A stretch of 57,721 nucleotides of DNA, counting the filler, from Sphacelaria rigidula (Eukaryota): assembly GCA_964200075.2 (NCBI GenBank). It is 9 parts of 9 records of this genome, joined end to end, with 100 filler letters (N's around TTAATTAATTAA, not from the genome) between each part and the next. Parts side by side here need not be neighbours in the genome. Positions count along the whole stretch, not along the records: positions 51,398 to 57,721 come from CAXNAA020020783.1; 8 more parts are not named here. One strand, 5' to 3'. The notes beneath the pieces are model-generated. The model searched no databases. It saw only the letters and a list, made by a program, of their open reading frames with translations, and was not told where the DNA came from. Below are positions 56,350-57,721 of the stretch, piece by piece; the first letter of the stretch is position 1; every line of letters starts with the position of its first letter. Both the position numbers and the translations under genes were made by a program.

Positions 56350-57500
56350 TTCATCAATCAGCTTTCCATTGTAAGACGGCCCGATGATACGCAATGATAC
56401 CAATGATAGACCGTGCAGCTTAAGACTTGCAACAGGAAGAAAATTCTCTCGACAACATCTGCTCTCCCGCAAAAGACGGGGGCCGAGCGATATTGACCTG
56501 GCGGGGATCGCCTCGCTGGAAAAGGTGCATGCCGGGATACCTTATTTAGTTTGAAGAGGTAGCACAGAGGCCATCTCCGTATTCCTTTCATCAAGTTCTA
56601 CCTGTACTTGAGGGTCGTCGAGAGTTTCCAAAATGTTTTCCTCAGAATTTCAACGGTCAGAGAAGTTCGGTGAGAGTTTCGATATCCATGTACATCGCGT
56701 GCTCGGTCTGCGGCCTTGTAGGGATGTAGACGAGGAACAGCTTCTTTATTCGTTCGTTTATCTCGAAACATGACTTTCATGTGCGTTGGGCTATGGATCA
56801 GCCGCCCCGAGATAAGTATTGAGCACGTCCGCAGGATGTAGAGTAGAAGACATGTTTGTACAAGAAAAACATGAAAGTGGATGATGAAGATACAGAACCA
56901 ACATTGCAAGTTGTTTGGCTTCATAGCTCATGGTGTGGATCGGCGATATTCAAAAGCACGAGTTAGGCACTGCTCAAAGGCTGCACTCAAAGACTTCTCG
57001 CTGATGCCGGTATTATGCGTGAATTGCTTCTTGTTTCCGAGGTGTATTTTCACACATTCTGAACCCTGTTAACCCGTTTCCGTACCCTTGAAGTGTTCGG
57101 ATTGGAGTGCTTCTCCGACATATGTTCCCACGTAGATTGCGTCACCCCGCCAAAACAAAAAGACAAACAATACCTGGACAAAAAGTGACTCCCATCACTG
57201 TGTGGGGTGTTTTACGGGAGAAAGATAATTCGCTTTGTCGACCCACCTGTTCCTTGGCGCAGAAAACGAGAAGACAAACTCGCCGCTGCCACCACCGAAA
57301 ACTCCGACGACTTGTTGGACGCCGAGAGCGTAAAATTCGGAATCTGTTCCGGAACGGCGCACCCGCTTTGGCTGTTGAGTTGTGCACAGTGACAATGAAC
57401 CAGTGAAACATCGATTGCATGGCATGGCTGTTGTTGCTCAAGCTTTGGGTAGCAGGGGATGCCGACTGTATGCGGTACTGGGGATAGTTTCCACCCCCTT
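56350..57500 (+). mobile_element. Degenerate Ty1/Copia integrase region
   Basis: 'LPQKTGAE..G.RLAG..AC', 'IP..RVVESFQNVF', 'IEHVRR', 'FYGRK..RKREDKLA..VK.GI.SG.AHP' (Copia post-integrase KL...A.KC.FLG...HP). Confidence 0.5.
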
Positions 57501-57721
57501 GAAAAAGCTGAAGAGGATCTCCGGGGAATACGTCGAGTAAACGAGTATGTATGTCGGGTATCCTGCTGTGTGGATCTGGCTTGACCCGCAAGTGGTATAG
57601 ATTTGTGCATTTCAATATACCGCACGAGGAAAGAGTGATCCTACGATAGGGGGGCGTACTCATTTGTTGCTTACCTTAGTCATTTGACCATTGACCACGC
57701 ATCCCTTTCGAGACGGAGCAC

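Overview
Eukaryotic, intron-rich, repeat-dense nuclear DNA, most consistent with a brown alga (Phaeophyceae; inferred from a WSC exon, Sig1/mastigoneme-type EGF repeats, short exons in long introns and about 50% GC). The window is NOT one locus. It is nine unplaced scaffolds of 6325/6324 bp, sorted by length and joined by an artificial 100-bp N44-TTAATTAATTAA-N44 linker. Gene fragments recovered by manual splicing: a Zn-type CDF transporter (exons 1-2), a GNB1L/ASA1-like WD40 gene (7 exons, 3' end complete), a DNAJC11-like exon, an 8-exon YWTD-propeller + EGF cell-surface protein, the 3' end of an FBXL/AMN1-type LRR gene and a WSC-domain exon. The rest is mobile DNA: two degenerate APE/RT LINEs, Ty3/Gypsy and Ty1/Copia relics, solo LTRs, an internally deleted hAT element with TIRs and TSD, several MITE families and tRNA-derived SINEs. 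The most novel-looking signal is an abundant non-coding ~550-bp repeat that shares its 3' end with a LINE; both end in ATGAGTAC plus an oligo(C) run instead of poly(A), and copies stack onto earlier copies. No CRISPR, rRNA, intact tRNA or convincing prokaryotic-type system was found.
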